A stretch of DNA of 59,278 nucleotides, counting the filler, from Alloascoidea hylecoeti (lineage: Eukaryota), in NCBI GenBank assembly GCA_001600815.1. It is 39 parts of 39 records of this genome, joined end to end, with 100 filler letters (N's around TTAATTAATTAA, not from the genome) between each part and the next. Parts side by side here need not be neighbours in the genome. Positions count along the whole stretch, not along the records: positions 48,473 to 49,701 come from BCKZ01000125.1; positions 49,802 to 50,982 come from BCKZ01000127.1; positions 51,083 to 52,214 come from BCKZ01000128.1; positions 52,315 to 53,436 come from BCKZ01000129.1; positions 53,537 to 54,646 come from BCKZ01000130.1; positions 54,747 to 55,829 come from BCKZ01000132.1; positions 55,930 to 56,996 come from BCKZ01000133.1; positions 57,097 to 58,141 come from BCKZ01000135.1; 31 more parts are not named here. The stretch is one strand, 5' to 3'. The number at the start of each line of letters is the position of its first letter. Position 1 is the stretch's first letter. Made by a program: the position numbers and the translations under genes. Below the pieces are notes generated by a model, which was not told the DNA's origin, did not search any database, and saw only the letters and a program-made list of their open reading frames with translations. Of the stretch, positions 48,473 through 59,278 are shown piece by piece.

Positions 48473-49701
48473 TTTTTTAATAAGGCCATATGAATATGTC
48501 TTTTTATGTAAGGGACGGGATTTATAAGGATGCTATTGAAGGCTAGTTCTTTAGCTATCACAAAGAAAGTCATAGGTGACTCAATATGAATCTCTCTTAG
48601 TTTAGGGATGAATAATTCTTTCTCTCTGGTTAACTCTTTTTGATGTTCTTCCATTTTTATTGATTTGGTGTTAATTATACTTATGTTGTGTCTTAATTTA
48701 CCCTCTTCGTCCTGGAAGTATCTTTTAAAGTGTAATGGAAAGGCTTTACCGAATTTTACTCTTAAGAATTTTTTAAATCTGTTAAAGATATATCAATCGA
48801 GGTTATGTCTAATAGCCGTTTGTTTAGGTCCAGGTGTAAAGTAGTTTGATCAACCAACAATTTCTTGCGTGATTAATTTTATAATTTCATCGACTCTCTT
48901 ATTGGAGTTGGTTAATGAAGTTAAACTTTTGATTTTCTTTCTGAATGTTTCTGTAGATTTTCTTGAGGGATAAATATATATTCCTTTTCAATCTGTTAAC
49001 TTACCAGCATATCTTCTATCTGCTCGATTTATTCAATTTACCTCTGTTGGATTTATTAGGTGAATAGTTCACCCTAAGAATTCTACTTTGCTACCAAATT
49101 TTCATGGGCTTAAGTGAGTTTTTTCTTCGGATAAAGAAAGACCTCTTATTTTTAAAAACTCTTCAATTCCGTGTTTAATGTTGTTTAAACATTCTGGATT
49201 CTTGGCTACCACTACAAAATCATCTGCGTATCTAACAAGGTGGGCTGAGTCATTTAAACGAATATCTAAATCTGAATTATAACGAGGAATTATTTTTAAA
49301 GTTTCCGTATAGAATGTTCATTTCATAGGATCTGTTCATCTATAAGTCTTTCTACCATTATCTTTTATTATAAAGGCATTTTTCTTAACTACCTCGTTTA
49401 ATCCATCTAAAGTTCAATTCATTAGTAATGGAGACAATATTCCTCCTTGTGGAACTCCAGAATTATTATCTTCAGGTTTAATTACAGTTTTGAAACCGTC
49501 TTCATCTCTTTCGACTATTTCAGTTTTTAATATTGCAAATAAAAGATTACGATACTTTTCAGAGATTGGTACTGTTTTCAGTAATCACTCATGAGAGATG
49601 TTATCAAAACATCCTTTAATGTCTGCATCTAATACTCAAGCTCTAGAATAAAACTGTTTATCTATCAAGACCTCAGTACGATATATAGAATTATTTTTTT
49701 T
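48473..49701 (-). CDS. Mitochondrial-code group II intron-type RT/maturase, paralog of 9655-11411, partial
   Basis: With TGA=Trp: [66 protein letters not shown]. Confidence 0.9.
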
Positions 49702-49801
49702 NNNNNNNNNNNNNNNNNNNNNNNNNNNNNNNNNNNNNNNNNNNNTTAATTAATTAANNNNNNNNNNNNNNNNNNNNNNNNNNNNNNNNNNNNNNNNNNN
49801 N

Positions 49802-49995
49802 GGGTAACAAATGGATGGTCCGAAAGTAAAATGTCCGAGTCAGTCTACAAGATCCCGAAAGATCACGGGCGTGAGCAGAGATGGCGATTAAAGTGACACC
49901 TGCCTAAGGTTGGGGTGTGTGTTGGATATTCTATATATTACACTCTTAGAACAGTTCACTAAAGGTGCAGAAAACAGGCACTTTGAACTTTAATA
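49802..49995 (+). mobile_element. Diverged TRIM-like copy (internal region + internally deleted LTR 49920-49995)
   Basis: Shares CCGAAAGTAAAATGTCCGAGTCAGTCT, GATCACGGG.GTGAGCAGA, CCTGCCTAAGGTTGGGG and both LTR ends with 29900-30148. Confidence 0.85.
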
Positions 49996-50767
49996 GTTAT
50001 TGTCAATAATGAATGTATAATAAACAATTAAAACAATTGAAACCATATCGCCATTTTCAAATCAGAGTTTTCCATCTACAGTATGCATTTCCATATACAA
50101 TATGTTTGTCAATGTGCATATGCATTATAAGTTTGTGATAAGAAAGTAATATATTATATGTTATGAAATATCCAGTAAACCTATCGGTAGTAATGTGTTA
50201 ATTATACGATTGTAAGATTAACGAATTAAGAACCTATTAGTAGCTTAAAGTGATATCAATGATAATTCCATTATAATCACAAAGCATCAACATGTAGAGC
50301 AAATACAATAGGTATATGCATGCACCTGCACATATGTATAGTTGCGCCCCGGAATCGCATCTTACCGTCAATATTAGTGTAGATACCCTTTGGGTGAGCA
50401 TGTGGGTGACTAAATTTGGGGTTTACNATGTGCCTGAGAGAGTTCGTCCGGATAATCCATATTTTTTGGCATATTCCAAATATAANATATCCATCANTGT
50501 CAAATAAGCGCTTACGTACCGTATGTAGTACACTACTTGAATTTTTCATTTATAATTATGTCATAACACAAATTGCTTCTCTACAAATATCTTTAGATGC
50601 ATTATTTTCAAATAGGAGACAAGTTAAAAAGAATGAAATGTAACGATTCTGAAACATACAATGGTACTTCCGCTGCTTCAGGAGTAGTAGCTGGTTTAAT
50701 CGGAAACATTTTAAGTAGTGATGAAGATACTGAAAATGCAATTCAGAAGATAAAGTATTTGGCCTCA

Positions 50768-50820
50768 AGTCGATTGGCTTTTTGGCGCAACTGGGAGAAC
50801 AGGCACTTTGAACTTTAACA
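50768..50820 (+). repeat. 3' half of the TRIM LTR
   Basis: AGTCGATTGGCTTTTTGGCGCAACTGGGAGAACAGGCACTTTGAACTTTAACA matches the end of 30056-30148. Confidence 0.9.
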
Positions 50821-51082
50821 GTTAGATATAAATCAAAAGGATCAAGTGTTATGAAAAGAAGATTTGATAATTACCAAATGATAAATTTGCTACACCAGGA
50901 ATCTTAGATTTTTCATGATGATTTACGGCAAATTCAATACCAGCAAGGCAATTTGCAGTCGATCCAGCACCAGTATTTCCTANNNNNNNNNNNNNNNNNN
51001 NNNNNNNNNNNNNNNNNNNNNNNNNNTTAATTAATTAANNNNNNNNNNNNNNNNNNNNNNNNNNNNNNNNNNNNNNNNNNNN

Positions 51083-51240
51083 GGCAATCGCGGATCTAAA
51101 TCAAATAATTAATATCCTTTAAAAAATAATAAATATTTGTAAAAGAGCAACGAGTAGATGGTTTTTTGATATATATTATATAATTATATATATTATAAGG
51201 TGTACTCTAGTCGCCAGGGAACTGGTGTTTAGGCTAAATA
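51083..51240 (+). ncRNA. Group I intron core fragment (ID-like)
   Basis: GGCAATCGCGGATCTAAATCA...GTAAAAGAGCAACGAGTAGATGG...AAGGTGTACTCTAG pattern typical of fungal mitochondrial group I introns with GIY-YIG ORFs. Confidence 0.65.
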
Positions 51241-51399
51241 TTAATAATTACGATATTATTAAAGTAATCTAAACTTAATGATAAATATAACAGCCTATCC
51301 TAAATTAATAAATATGATATATTAAAATATGATTTATATGGTAAAGTTATAAAAATGATCAAATAAAAAAGTTGTAATTAGACAAATAGCTTGTAAACA

Positions 51400-52115
51400 G
51401 TATAATTTACATTTAAATAGATTTTATTCTACTATTAATGAAAAAGTTAAAGGTTTAATAACTTTTACAAATGCATTATTAGAAAAAAATAACATCTTAG
51501 ATTTTGTATCTGATAAAGCAGGAATTTATATGTGAACAAATAATCTAACAGGGAAAAAATATGTAGGAAGTTCAGTAAATCTTAGACGTAGATTATTAGA
51601 ATATTTTAATACTAATAGAATTTCTTCTAATAATGGGTTAAGTATGCCTATAAATAGAGCTCTATTAGCTGAAGGTAACGTGGAATTGCTAAATAAAGAT
51701 GAGCAGATGGTAAATCACAGATCCAAAATGTCTAAAGCTCAACGTTCTAGTAATCCTATTATTGTTTATGATATATTAGAAGATACTATGGAAACTTTTA
51801 GTTCTTTAAGAGTTTTAGACTAATATTTTTATATTCATCGTAATACTATTACATCTCGTATTAATAATAAAACATTATGAGATAATAGATATGTATTTCA
51901 ATGAGTTACTGATCCTGATTTAAATAACTATAATTTAGATAAGTATCTAACCAAGTAAATAGTAGTTATGTTATTGAAGTAACTAATGTTATAACTGGGA
52001 CTAAAGATATTTATCCTTCTATAGGTGCAGCTGCTATAGATAGATGATATTTGGATATTAGACAATGATTCTGCGATTAGTTCTTTTTTAGCTCAAAATC
52101 CAAAAACGCCTTATT
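51400..52115 (+). pseudogene. Degenerate GIY-YIG homing endonuclease with NUMOD-like tail (boundaries approximate)
   Basis: AGIYMWTN...KKYVGSSVNLRRRL..Y...MPINRALL, then jumps to KMSKA...NPIIVYD; in-frame TAA at 51821. Confidence 0.8.
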
Positions 52116-52354
52116 AAAAACTTCAATTTTTAAGGGTATATTCTAAATCCTTTTATTTATAATACTAATATTTAATATTTTTCATTTACAAACTTTTTTA
52201 TTTATCTTTTTTTTNNNNNNNNNNNNNNNNNNNNNNNNNNNNNNNNNNNNNNNNNNNNTTAATTAATTAANNNNNNNNNNNNNNNNNNNNNNNNNNNNNN
52301 NNNNNNNNNNNNNNTCAAAAAGTTAAATAATAAACCAAAATAAAGATAAAAAAG

Positions 52355-52624
52355 ATGATATTATTTCCAATGTTTTTATTTTTTATAGGATTAGTAGGGT
52401 TTGTATTAAATAGAAATTATATATTGTTATTATTTTTTTGTTTAGAAATATTATTATTATCAGTTACATTGATAATCATCTTATCGGGATATTTTTTAGA
52501 TGATGCAGTAGGAATATTATTTGGAATATATATAGTGATGTTAGCAGGAGCTGAGTCATCCATAGGATTAGGAATATTAGTTAAACATCAAAGATTAGGA
52601 GGAAAAACTTGAGGAACAGTTTAA
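52355..52624 (+). CDS. nad4L: Mitochondrial NADH dehydrogenase subunit 4L
   Basis: LVGFVLNRN, LEILLLSV, AGAESSIGLGIL. Reads through TGA to a TAA that overlaps the nad5 ATG (TAATG). Confidence 0.95.
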
Positions 52625-53340
52625 TGTTATTATTAGGATTATTTTTAACACTAATCTCCAGTTTATTAGGAGGATTTCTTGCTCGTTATATAGGTTTAAG
52701 TAATAGTAGATTAATCATCGTAACATTTGCATACATTACAGCGTTCCTATGTTATTACTTATATTATGAAGTGGTAATTTTAGGAGAAGAAGTGAGTGTA
52801 AATTTACTAGATTGAATATCAGTCGGAAGTTTTAGTACAGATTGAACATTTAGAGTGGATGATTTAGGAGCAACAATGTTAATACCAATAACTACAGTTT
52901 CAGCATTAGTGCATCATTATTCATTAAGTTATATGAGTAGTGATCCACATCAACCTAGATTTTTTGCATTGTTATCAATGTTTACATTTTTTATGGGAAT
53001 CTTAGTAAGTGGATCCAATTATTTAGTAATGTTTGTAGGTTGAGAATATATAGGAGTAACATCTTATTTATTAATATCATTTTGATATACTAGAATACAA
53101 GCTATGAAAGCTGCTTTATCCGCAGTATTATTAAATAGATGTGGAGATGCCTTTTTATTTTTAGGTATAATATCTATGATCTGAGTTTTTGGATCCGTAA
53201 ACTTTAGTACAGTAGTTTCTTTAACATCTTATGTAAATACTGATATCTTAAACTTAATAGGTATTTGTTTTGTAATAGCAGCAACCGCGAAAAGTGCGCA
53301 ACTAGGGCTACATGTCTGGTTGCTGCAGGCGATGGAGGGC
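52624..53340 (+). CDS. nad5: Mitochondrial NADH dehydrogenase subunit 5, exon 1 (717 nt)
   Basis: [47 protein letters not shown]; homology stops after codon 239. Confidence 0.93.
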
Positions 53341-53540
53341 CTTGGCATGGCAATAAATGATCACCAAATAAATCTTCAGAGTAAAACAATAAATAGTCCT
53401 AGCCCCGCCGAGCAGGTGTTATATGTGGGTGGGGGGNNNNNNNNNNNNNNNNNNNNNNNNNNNNNNNNNNNNNNNNNNNNTTAATTAATTAANNNNNNNN
53501 NNNNNNNNNNNNNNNNNNNNNNNNNNNNNNNNNNNNTAGT

Positions 53541-54641
53541 TTAACAAGAAGCTCCAGAGCCACTTGGGATACCAGTACAATCGGAAGAACTCTTACCACC
53601 AGTAACACTAACATCAGTCCATGTCCAGTCGGATGCTCCTTTAACCAGAATATAAACATTGGTAGCTGAGCTATCTACGGTTCCCGAAATGTCCTTCAAG
53701 GTCAAGTCTGTAATTGGAACACCTGAAGTTGGTGTACCTGTGGGTGATCCATTTTCGTAATCACCTTCTATAACAATACCATAGGAAGAAATATCAGATA
53801 TTGTAATACCACTATAAGTAACATTAGAAACTGATCCAGTTGCTCCATAAACAGTCTTAATTCTAACACCGTTTGCTGAATTTGTTACAGTTGAGTCACT
53901 GATAGTTACTCCATCCACAACATTGTTAGATCTTCCACCAACTGAACCAATTGATAAACCATGACCTCCTGAGCAATATCCCTTGGTGAAAACAATATTG
54001 GTACCTGAATTAATGGCTAAACAATCATCTTGATTATAAACTGTGGCACCTGTGATTGTAATTGAGTCAGAAGAACCAACATCAAAAGCATCAGTATTAT
54101 GACCACCATCAGTAACATCACCATCTGAGTTATCGATAGTTACATCACTAACAGTCAATGATTTAGCAGAATTAATTGAGAAACATTGAACAGGAGTATT
54201 TTTAATATTTAAACCAGAAATTTTTGAGCTATACATCTTATGAGCATAAAAGAACTTTGGCTTTGTCTTACCACCATTGGAACCTTTGCCATCCCACCAT
54301 TTGGCACCATTACCATTAATGACATGACCAGAAGTACCAGTAACTGTAATATCTGTACCAGATACAGAAATTAAGGGACCATCCCACTCTTTGTAACCAA
54401 AAGTAGTGGTTCCTTCAAATGTAACTGTCGTACCTGATGTTAAATCGGTAAGATCCAAAGTCTTACCAGCTGGAACAGTTAAATCAGATACAATAATCTC
54501 TGTACAAGAGCTTTTAACGGTGTCTAAGTTACTGATAGAAGTTCCACTAATAGTACAAGAGCTTCTTTTACTCAAATCACTTGGAGCAGCTTCTGCAGCG
54601 AGTAAAAAGCAAAAAGCGGTGGCTAGTGCAGATAATTTCAT
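53541..54641 (-). CDS. Secreted endopolygalacturonase (GH28), complete, intron-less
   Basis: Signal peptide + [23 protein letters not shown] and RIKT catalytic motifs. Confidence 0.96.
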   Translation of the reverse strand: MKLSALATAFCFLLAAEAAPSDLSKRSSCTISGTSISNLDTVKSSCTEIIVSDLTVPAGKTLDLTDLTSGTTVTFEGTTTFGYKEWDGPLISVSGTDITVTGTSGHVINGNGAKWWDGKGSNGGKTKPKFFYAHKMYSSKISGLNIKNTPVQCFSINSAKSLTVSDVTIDNSDGDVTDGGHNTDAFDVGSSDSITITGATVYNQDDCLAINSGTNIVFTKGYCSGGHGLSIGSVGGRSNNVVDGVTISDSTVTNSANGVRIKTVYGATGSVSNVTYSGITISDISSYGIVIEGDYENGSPTGTPTSGVPITDLTLKDISGTVDSSATNVYILVKGASDWTWTDVSVTGGKSSSDCTGIPSGSGASC

Positions 54642-54810
54642 TGAGGNNNNNNNNNNNNNNNNNNNNNNNNNNNNNNNNNNNNNNNNNNNNTTAATTAATT
54701 AANNNNNNNNNNNNNNNNNNNNNNNNNNNNNNNNNNNNNNNNNNNNAAAATATTATTAAAATTTACCGCTACAGAGGGATATGAATTAAATTAAATATAA
54801 AATTATACAA

Positions 54811-54881
54811 TCCTCTATCGAGGATTCGAACCTCGATCATGGCGTTAGAAGCACCAAGTTCTACCATTAAACTAAAAGAGA
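54811..54881 (-). tRNA. trnR: Mitochondrial tRNA-Arg (TCT)
   Basis: Anticodon arm TGGTG-CTTCTAA-CGCCA, T arm CGAGG-TTCGAAT-CCTCG. Confidence 0.92.
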
Positions 54882-54937
54882 ATTTAATATAAGATAAAAA
54901 GGTATACTTACTAATCTTAAATATTTAATTTATTATT

Positions 54938-55112
54938 TATTAATATATATAAAAATACACCATTCCTTTAATTACAGAATTTATTAATATATATACCTAT
55001 ATACAATAGCTTAAATTAGATTATTGATTAATATATATAAAAATATAAAATTGGTTAAATTAGATTCTTTATTAATATATATAAAAATATACAATTGCTT
55101 AAATTTGATTAT
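54938..55112. repeat. AT-rich ~43-bp degenerate tandem repeat between trnP and trnR
   Basis: Three copies plus a partial of TTAATATATATAAAAATATACAATTGCTTAAATTAGATT. Confidence 0.7.
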
Positions 55113-55185
55113 TTTATGAGACATTTATTTTATACGTACTCATGCCCCGGGGGACTGATAACTTATTTAATAAAATAGATTATAC

Positions 55186-55257
55186 TCAATCGGGGCAGGA
55201 TTGAACTGCCTATTCTCGCAACCCAAGTACGAGCGCTCAACCATTTGCTTCCGATTG
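55186..55257 (-). tRNA. trnP: Mitochondrial tRNA-Pro (TGG)
   Basis: Acceptor CAATCGG/CCGATTG, anticodon arm TCGTA-CTTGGGT-TGCGA, T arm GGCAG-TTCAATC-CTGCC. Confidence 0.88.
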
Positions 55258-55929
55258 GATAAATTGAGATATTTATTTATTTATAAGATACCCCCTACGA
55301 GGGAAAGGTGTTATTATTGTGGGGGTTTAAAAGATCATATGGAGGGGATCATACATAGGCACCACAGGAAGACTAAATAATTTAGAATACTATTGTTCTT
55401 TTTGTTTATTTATTTTATATTTAAAAGAAATTTACACTTAAATACAATTAAAAAGATTATTTAAATCATAAATAAAAGAATTATTGTTTATATATATATA
55501 AATAAAAACCACTATTGGGAGGGATATTTTGGGGATTTTATAATTTACATTATTATATCTTAAATTTACCTATATATTGATTTAACACTAATAATATTTG
55601 AAATATTATATAATTTTATTTTTTACTTTATGTACCATTAGTCGACTGAATAATAATATATTAATCAACAATATACATCTCTTTATGAATATACAACCTT
55701 CCTTATATATTATTTAAAAAATTTATATTAATTTAAATAAGGTTTCTTTTTCTTTTCTTTTCTTCTAATAATGCTTATATCAATAAAACATTTAATTATA
55801 AGACACAATTACAGCGTACCCCATCCCCCNNNNNNNNNNNNNNNNNNNNNNNNNNNNNNNNNNNNNNNNNNNNTTAATTAATTAANNNNNNNNNNNNNNN
55901 NNNNNNNNNNNNNNNNNNNNNNNNNNNNN

Positions 55930-56996
55930 ATCATATTGATTTTAAGATTAGTCTCAGATTGTGGGTATCTTAAATATCTAAATATTGGTGTTGGATTACC
56001 ATCTCCATCACAAATTTTATTTTCCTTCAATCTTTTGATAACTTTTACCATATCTATATCTAATGTAGGGAATGTAATTCTACGATTGACTATTTTATTT
56101 GAATATCTCTGTTTAATTACATCTGTCCTTCTACTAAATATATACCCAAGAAATGGTATACCATTCTTAATATGAGTAATTTTAGTTTTTTCTAAACTTA
56201 ACTCTATTTTAAGTTCTTTCTGAAGGAATATTTGAATTTCTTCTTTAATATCTTCAGCTAGCTTTCTTGGGCCATTTATTCCTATTAGAAAATCATCAGC
56301 ATATCTTACATATTTGACAGTCCTGTATTCTGTCTGAAATGGATCTCTTGATGGTAATCTAAGTTGATATACTTTACTCTTTAATCCTAATTTTAATACC
56401 CTCCCCCCTTCAATTGGGGGAGGGGACTGTTTATCGGTTTCTGGATTTTTTCTTCTATTTCGGGCTGAAATACTACCTTGATTCTTTTTCGATATTTCTT
56501 CCATATAATTATCCAATTTATCTAGATAAATATTTGATAATAAAGGACTTAATATACCACCTTGAGGAGTTCCAATTTCTGGGATATACGGGGTTTTTCC
56601 TTTTTCAAAAACTTTTGCTTTTAATCCCGTCTTAATTAATTTAATTATAAGGTTATCTTTTATTCTAGTTTCGATAATATTTATTAATTTATTATGATTA
56701 ATAGTATCAAAATAACTTTTAATATCACCTTCTATAAATCAAGTACTATCCTTCATAAATGTATTAAGATGTTTTAAAGCAGTATGACAACTTCTATTAG
56801 GTCTAAAACCATGAGATGTATCTTTAAAGTCTAATTCAAAGATAGGTTCAATTATCATTTTAATAACTTCTTGGACCAATCTATCGTTTATTGATGGGAT
56901 ACCTAATGGTCGAGATTTGACTGGTTTTCCAGGTTTAGGGTTCATTAATTTCCTTACTCCAACTCAATCATAGGAATTATTAAGTACAGCATTTTT
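55930..56996 (-). CDS. Mitochondrial group II intron RT/maturase of the conventional ML type, partial
   Basis: [73 protein letters not shown]. Confidence 0.93.
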
Positions 56997-57096
56997 NNNN
57001 NNNNNNNNNNNNNNNNNNNNNNNNNNNNNNNNNNNNNNNNTTAATTAATTAANNNNNNNNNNNNNNNNNNNNNNNNNNNNNNNNNNNNNNNNNNNN

Positions 57097-57600
57097 AAAC
57101 AATTCAAGGACATCGCCACTGATGAGCCCATAACCCAACAATATATTGGTTTAAAATCTGGTAATCTCCAAAGTATACAAGAACCATCATTTGAACCAGA
57201 AACCAAATATTTATCATTAATATCCATATATGTAATATAACCCAAAGGTTCAGTTGCTAATAATTCTTCTGGATGTGGTTATGCCTACTACTCTTAAACG
57301 TTGAAAAGTTTCATTATCCCAGTTTTATTGTAATATCTTTCGAACCAGTTTAAATCCAATTTTTAAAACATTTTATACAAGTTGTTTTAGAAGAATGGGA
57401 AATAATTTATATTGTGTAAAATTACCATTTTTCAAATTCAATTCTAAAAGATAACTTTCTTTATATAATTCATACCATGAAACCATCTCTGAATCATAAT
57501 TATAGTATTTACAATATTTTTATTCTAGAAACTTTGGCTTCCATATATCATGTTCGGAGCTGAATACCTCTTTTGTATCTGGTGACATCCTTAAACAATA
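57097..57600 (-). pseudogene. F-box/WD40-like pseudogene fragment
   Basis: WYELYK, TGSKDITIK and ITYMDINDKYLVSGSNDGSCILW are spread over frames with stops. Confidence 0.6.
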
Positions 57601-57815
57601 GTTATTATCTGCATATTATTATATATCTGTCTCTTCTATAAAAACGAGTAGAAATAGCTGACTAGATAGTAAATACTAAACATCGAGCCTCATTTCATAA
57701 ACTAATCACAAAAAAAAATCTTAATCTTTTATATCATTCACACACAAAAATCACAACATATTATTAATTACCCTTAAAATGTAAATATATAAAAATAATT
57801 ATTAAAAAAAATTAA

Positions 57816-58139
57816 TCATAACAAGTTTGAAGAATTCACATTGCTACTCGAATGAGACTTCGAAAAGATAGTATCCAAAAATGGTTTTGTAATTGTTTTG
57901 GCTTGCTCCTCAATAAAAATAATAGTTGATGATCTTTTCAAAGTAGGAATACATAACAACAAAAGCCATATTGCAATTACAGAGCACATAATACCAACCC
58001 ACGCATTACTTATGATATATTTAGTTTCAATATTTTTGTAATTACTATTTTTAGGAAGGTGATACCTTTGTGTACCATTTAAATCAATTTCCTTAAAATA
58101 GAGTGGCTTGGTTGCAAATCCAAAATGTTCAGTACTAAT
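57816..58139 (-). CDS. 3' end of an unknown membrane-anchored protein
   Basis: About 107 open codons from the contig edge, with a hydrophobic stretch AWVGIMCSVIAIWLLLLCIP. Confidence 0.35.
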   Translation of the reverse strand: MSTEHFGFATKPLYFKEIDLNGTQRYHLPKNSNYKNIETKYIISNAWVGIMCSVIAIWLLLLCIPTLKRSSTIIFIEEQAKTITKPFLDTIFSKSHSSSNVNSSNLL

Positions 58140-58241
58140 TTNNNNNNNNNNNNNNNNNNNNNNNNNNNNNNNNNNNNNNNNNNNNTTAATTAATTAANNN
58201 NNNNNNNNNNNNNNNNNNNNNNNNNNNNNNNNNNNNNNNNN

Positions 58242-58818
58242 TTTTTTTGAGTATTTCTCCTAAATATTTATTTTCATCTAATGTAAAGCTATTTGTTGAA
58301 AAACTAATACCTCTATTTTTAAGCAAACAACCATCATCCATTATTCATATCGCTAAGGCTAACGGAGTTAAATAGATTTCTAGATTTATATCTTTAGGTA
58401 CAACTTTACGAACTTTCGGATAAAAACTATCATGTATTCAATTAAAAGATGAAAAAGTATATGATCTAAATCTCATAACATAACGTAACTTACCTTCTAA
58501 TCCTTTTCTGGTTTGAATTTTAGGTAATTCAGGTTTACAATAACCTAATTCGTATAATATTTTATGTACAAATAATAAATACTCTCCATGACTCTTTTCT
58601 TGATATAATCCAATTCTTGTTCCATTTCCATCTCTTTCTAATGTACCATCACCTAATAAAGAACCTATTAAAATACTCAAGATATCTATATTATGGGGTC
58701 CAATACGCTTTAAGCTAGATACTCTAGGTTTATTAAAGGGCAAGTTAGACAAGGGGGATTGTAATTGTAATTGTATGGAAGGTTTAAATAATTCAAATTT
58801 AATACATTTCAGGCACGC
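58242..58818 (-). CDS. LAGLIDADG endonuclease/maturase in a cox3 group I intron, in frame with exon 1, partial
   Basis: RIGPHN...LIGSLLGDG and LTPLALAIWIMDDG. P1 hairpin TCAGGT-GCGT-GCCTGA places a U.G pair at the splice site. Confidence 0.9.
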
Positions 58819-59265
58819 ACCTGATGATAATAATAATATAGTATTTAATAAAGGTAAAGCTGTAGGTAATATTGCATCTATTCCAACTGGAGGTCAAACA
58901 CCTCCTAATTCTACTGTTGGAGACATTGCAGAATGTAAATAAGCTCAGAATACTCCTACAAAAACTAAAGCTTCTGATACTACAAATAATATAAATCCTA
59001 TAGTTAATCCTTTCACTACTGCTGTAGTATGTTCTCCTAATAATGTTCCTTCGATTGTTATATCTCTAAATCATAAAGCCATTGCATATACTACTACACC
59101 TAAAGAAACAAACATAATTAATTTATTATTTATATAACCATGCATTGTTAAGGCTGTGTTTCCCATGAATCATAATAATCCAAAGGATACTGCTATAGGT
59201 CAAGGAGATGTTCCCACTATATGATAAGGATGTGCTGGAAAATAATTTCTTATATTTATACTCAT
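58819..59265 (-). CDS. cox3: Cytochrome c oxidase subunit 3, exon 1 (447 nt)
   Basis: HPYHIV..SPWP, WFRDI.IEG...[33 protein letters not shown]. Confidence 0.96.
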
Positions 59266-59278
59266 ATTTATTTTTTTT

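Noticed and set aside
478..56635. Numerous short antisense or nested ORFs in the track (e.g. 6012-6509, 18812-19261, 43255-43701)
   Set aside because: They are shadows of real genes on the opposite strand or another frame, with no recognisable motifs.
1881..58241. Regularly recurring TTAATTAATTAA as a CRISPR-like or biological repeat
   Set aside because: Always embedded in 44+44 N; it is a synthetic six-frame stop linker. Adjacency of contigs carries no biological meaning.
58812..58822. GTGCG at the cox3 junction as a group II intron 5' end
   Set aside because: A P1 hairpin with the U.G pair and an in-frame LAGLIDADG ORF fit a group I intron better.

Overview
This is not a contiguous locus. 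It is 39 small unplaced contigs (about 1.9 kb down to 1.0 kb, sorted by size) joined by 100-nt artificial linkers (44 N + TTAATTAATTAA + 44 N). The source looks like an AT-rich budding-yeast-type fungus. Evidence: short TACTAAC/GTGAGT introns, mitochondrial complex I genes, a Var1-like rps3 and a GH28 pectinase. A Dipodascaceae-like lineage is plausible but not provable here. About 13 contigs are mitochondrial and read with TGA=Trp, so the supplied ORF track fragments them. They hold nad1, nad2, nad4, nad4L/nad5, nad6, cox3, rps3, three tRNAs, LAGLIDADG and GIY-YIG intron ORFs and three group II-type reverse transcriptases. Nuclear contigs hold mostly partial genes: a Zn2Cys6 factor, an enoyl reductase, CDC53, a PUT4-like and a second amino acid permease, YTA12, GIT1, a DUF2235 hydrolase, DLD1, an M20 amidohydrolase and a complete endopolygalacturonase. 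They also hold many repeats (Ty3 chromovirus, two copia families, a decayed Tc1/mariner, inverted gene duplications). Most notable: (1) a ~385-bp non-coding TRIM-like LTR element whose internal region is a mosaic of boxes complementary to initiator tRNA-Met and includes a perfect Pol III B-box, with its LTRs bracketing decayed gene fragments; (2) an in-frame Gag-integrase/chromodomain deletion derivative of a Ty3 element; (3) a family of CAG-TCC-hairpin, byp-like GC inserts in mitochondrial ORFs; (4) two paralogous, atypical (CL-like) mitochondrial RTs.
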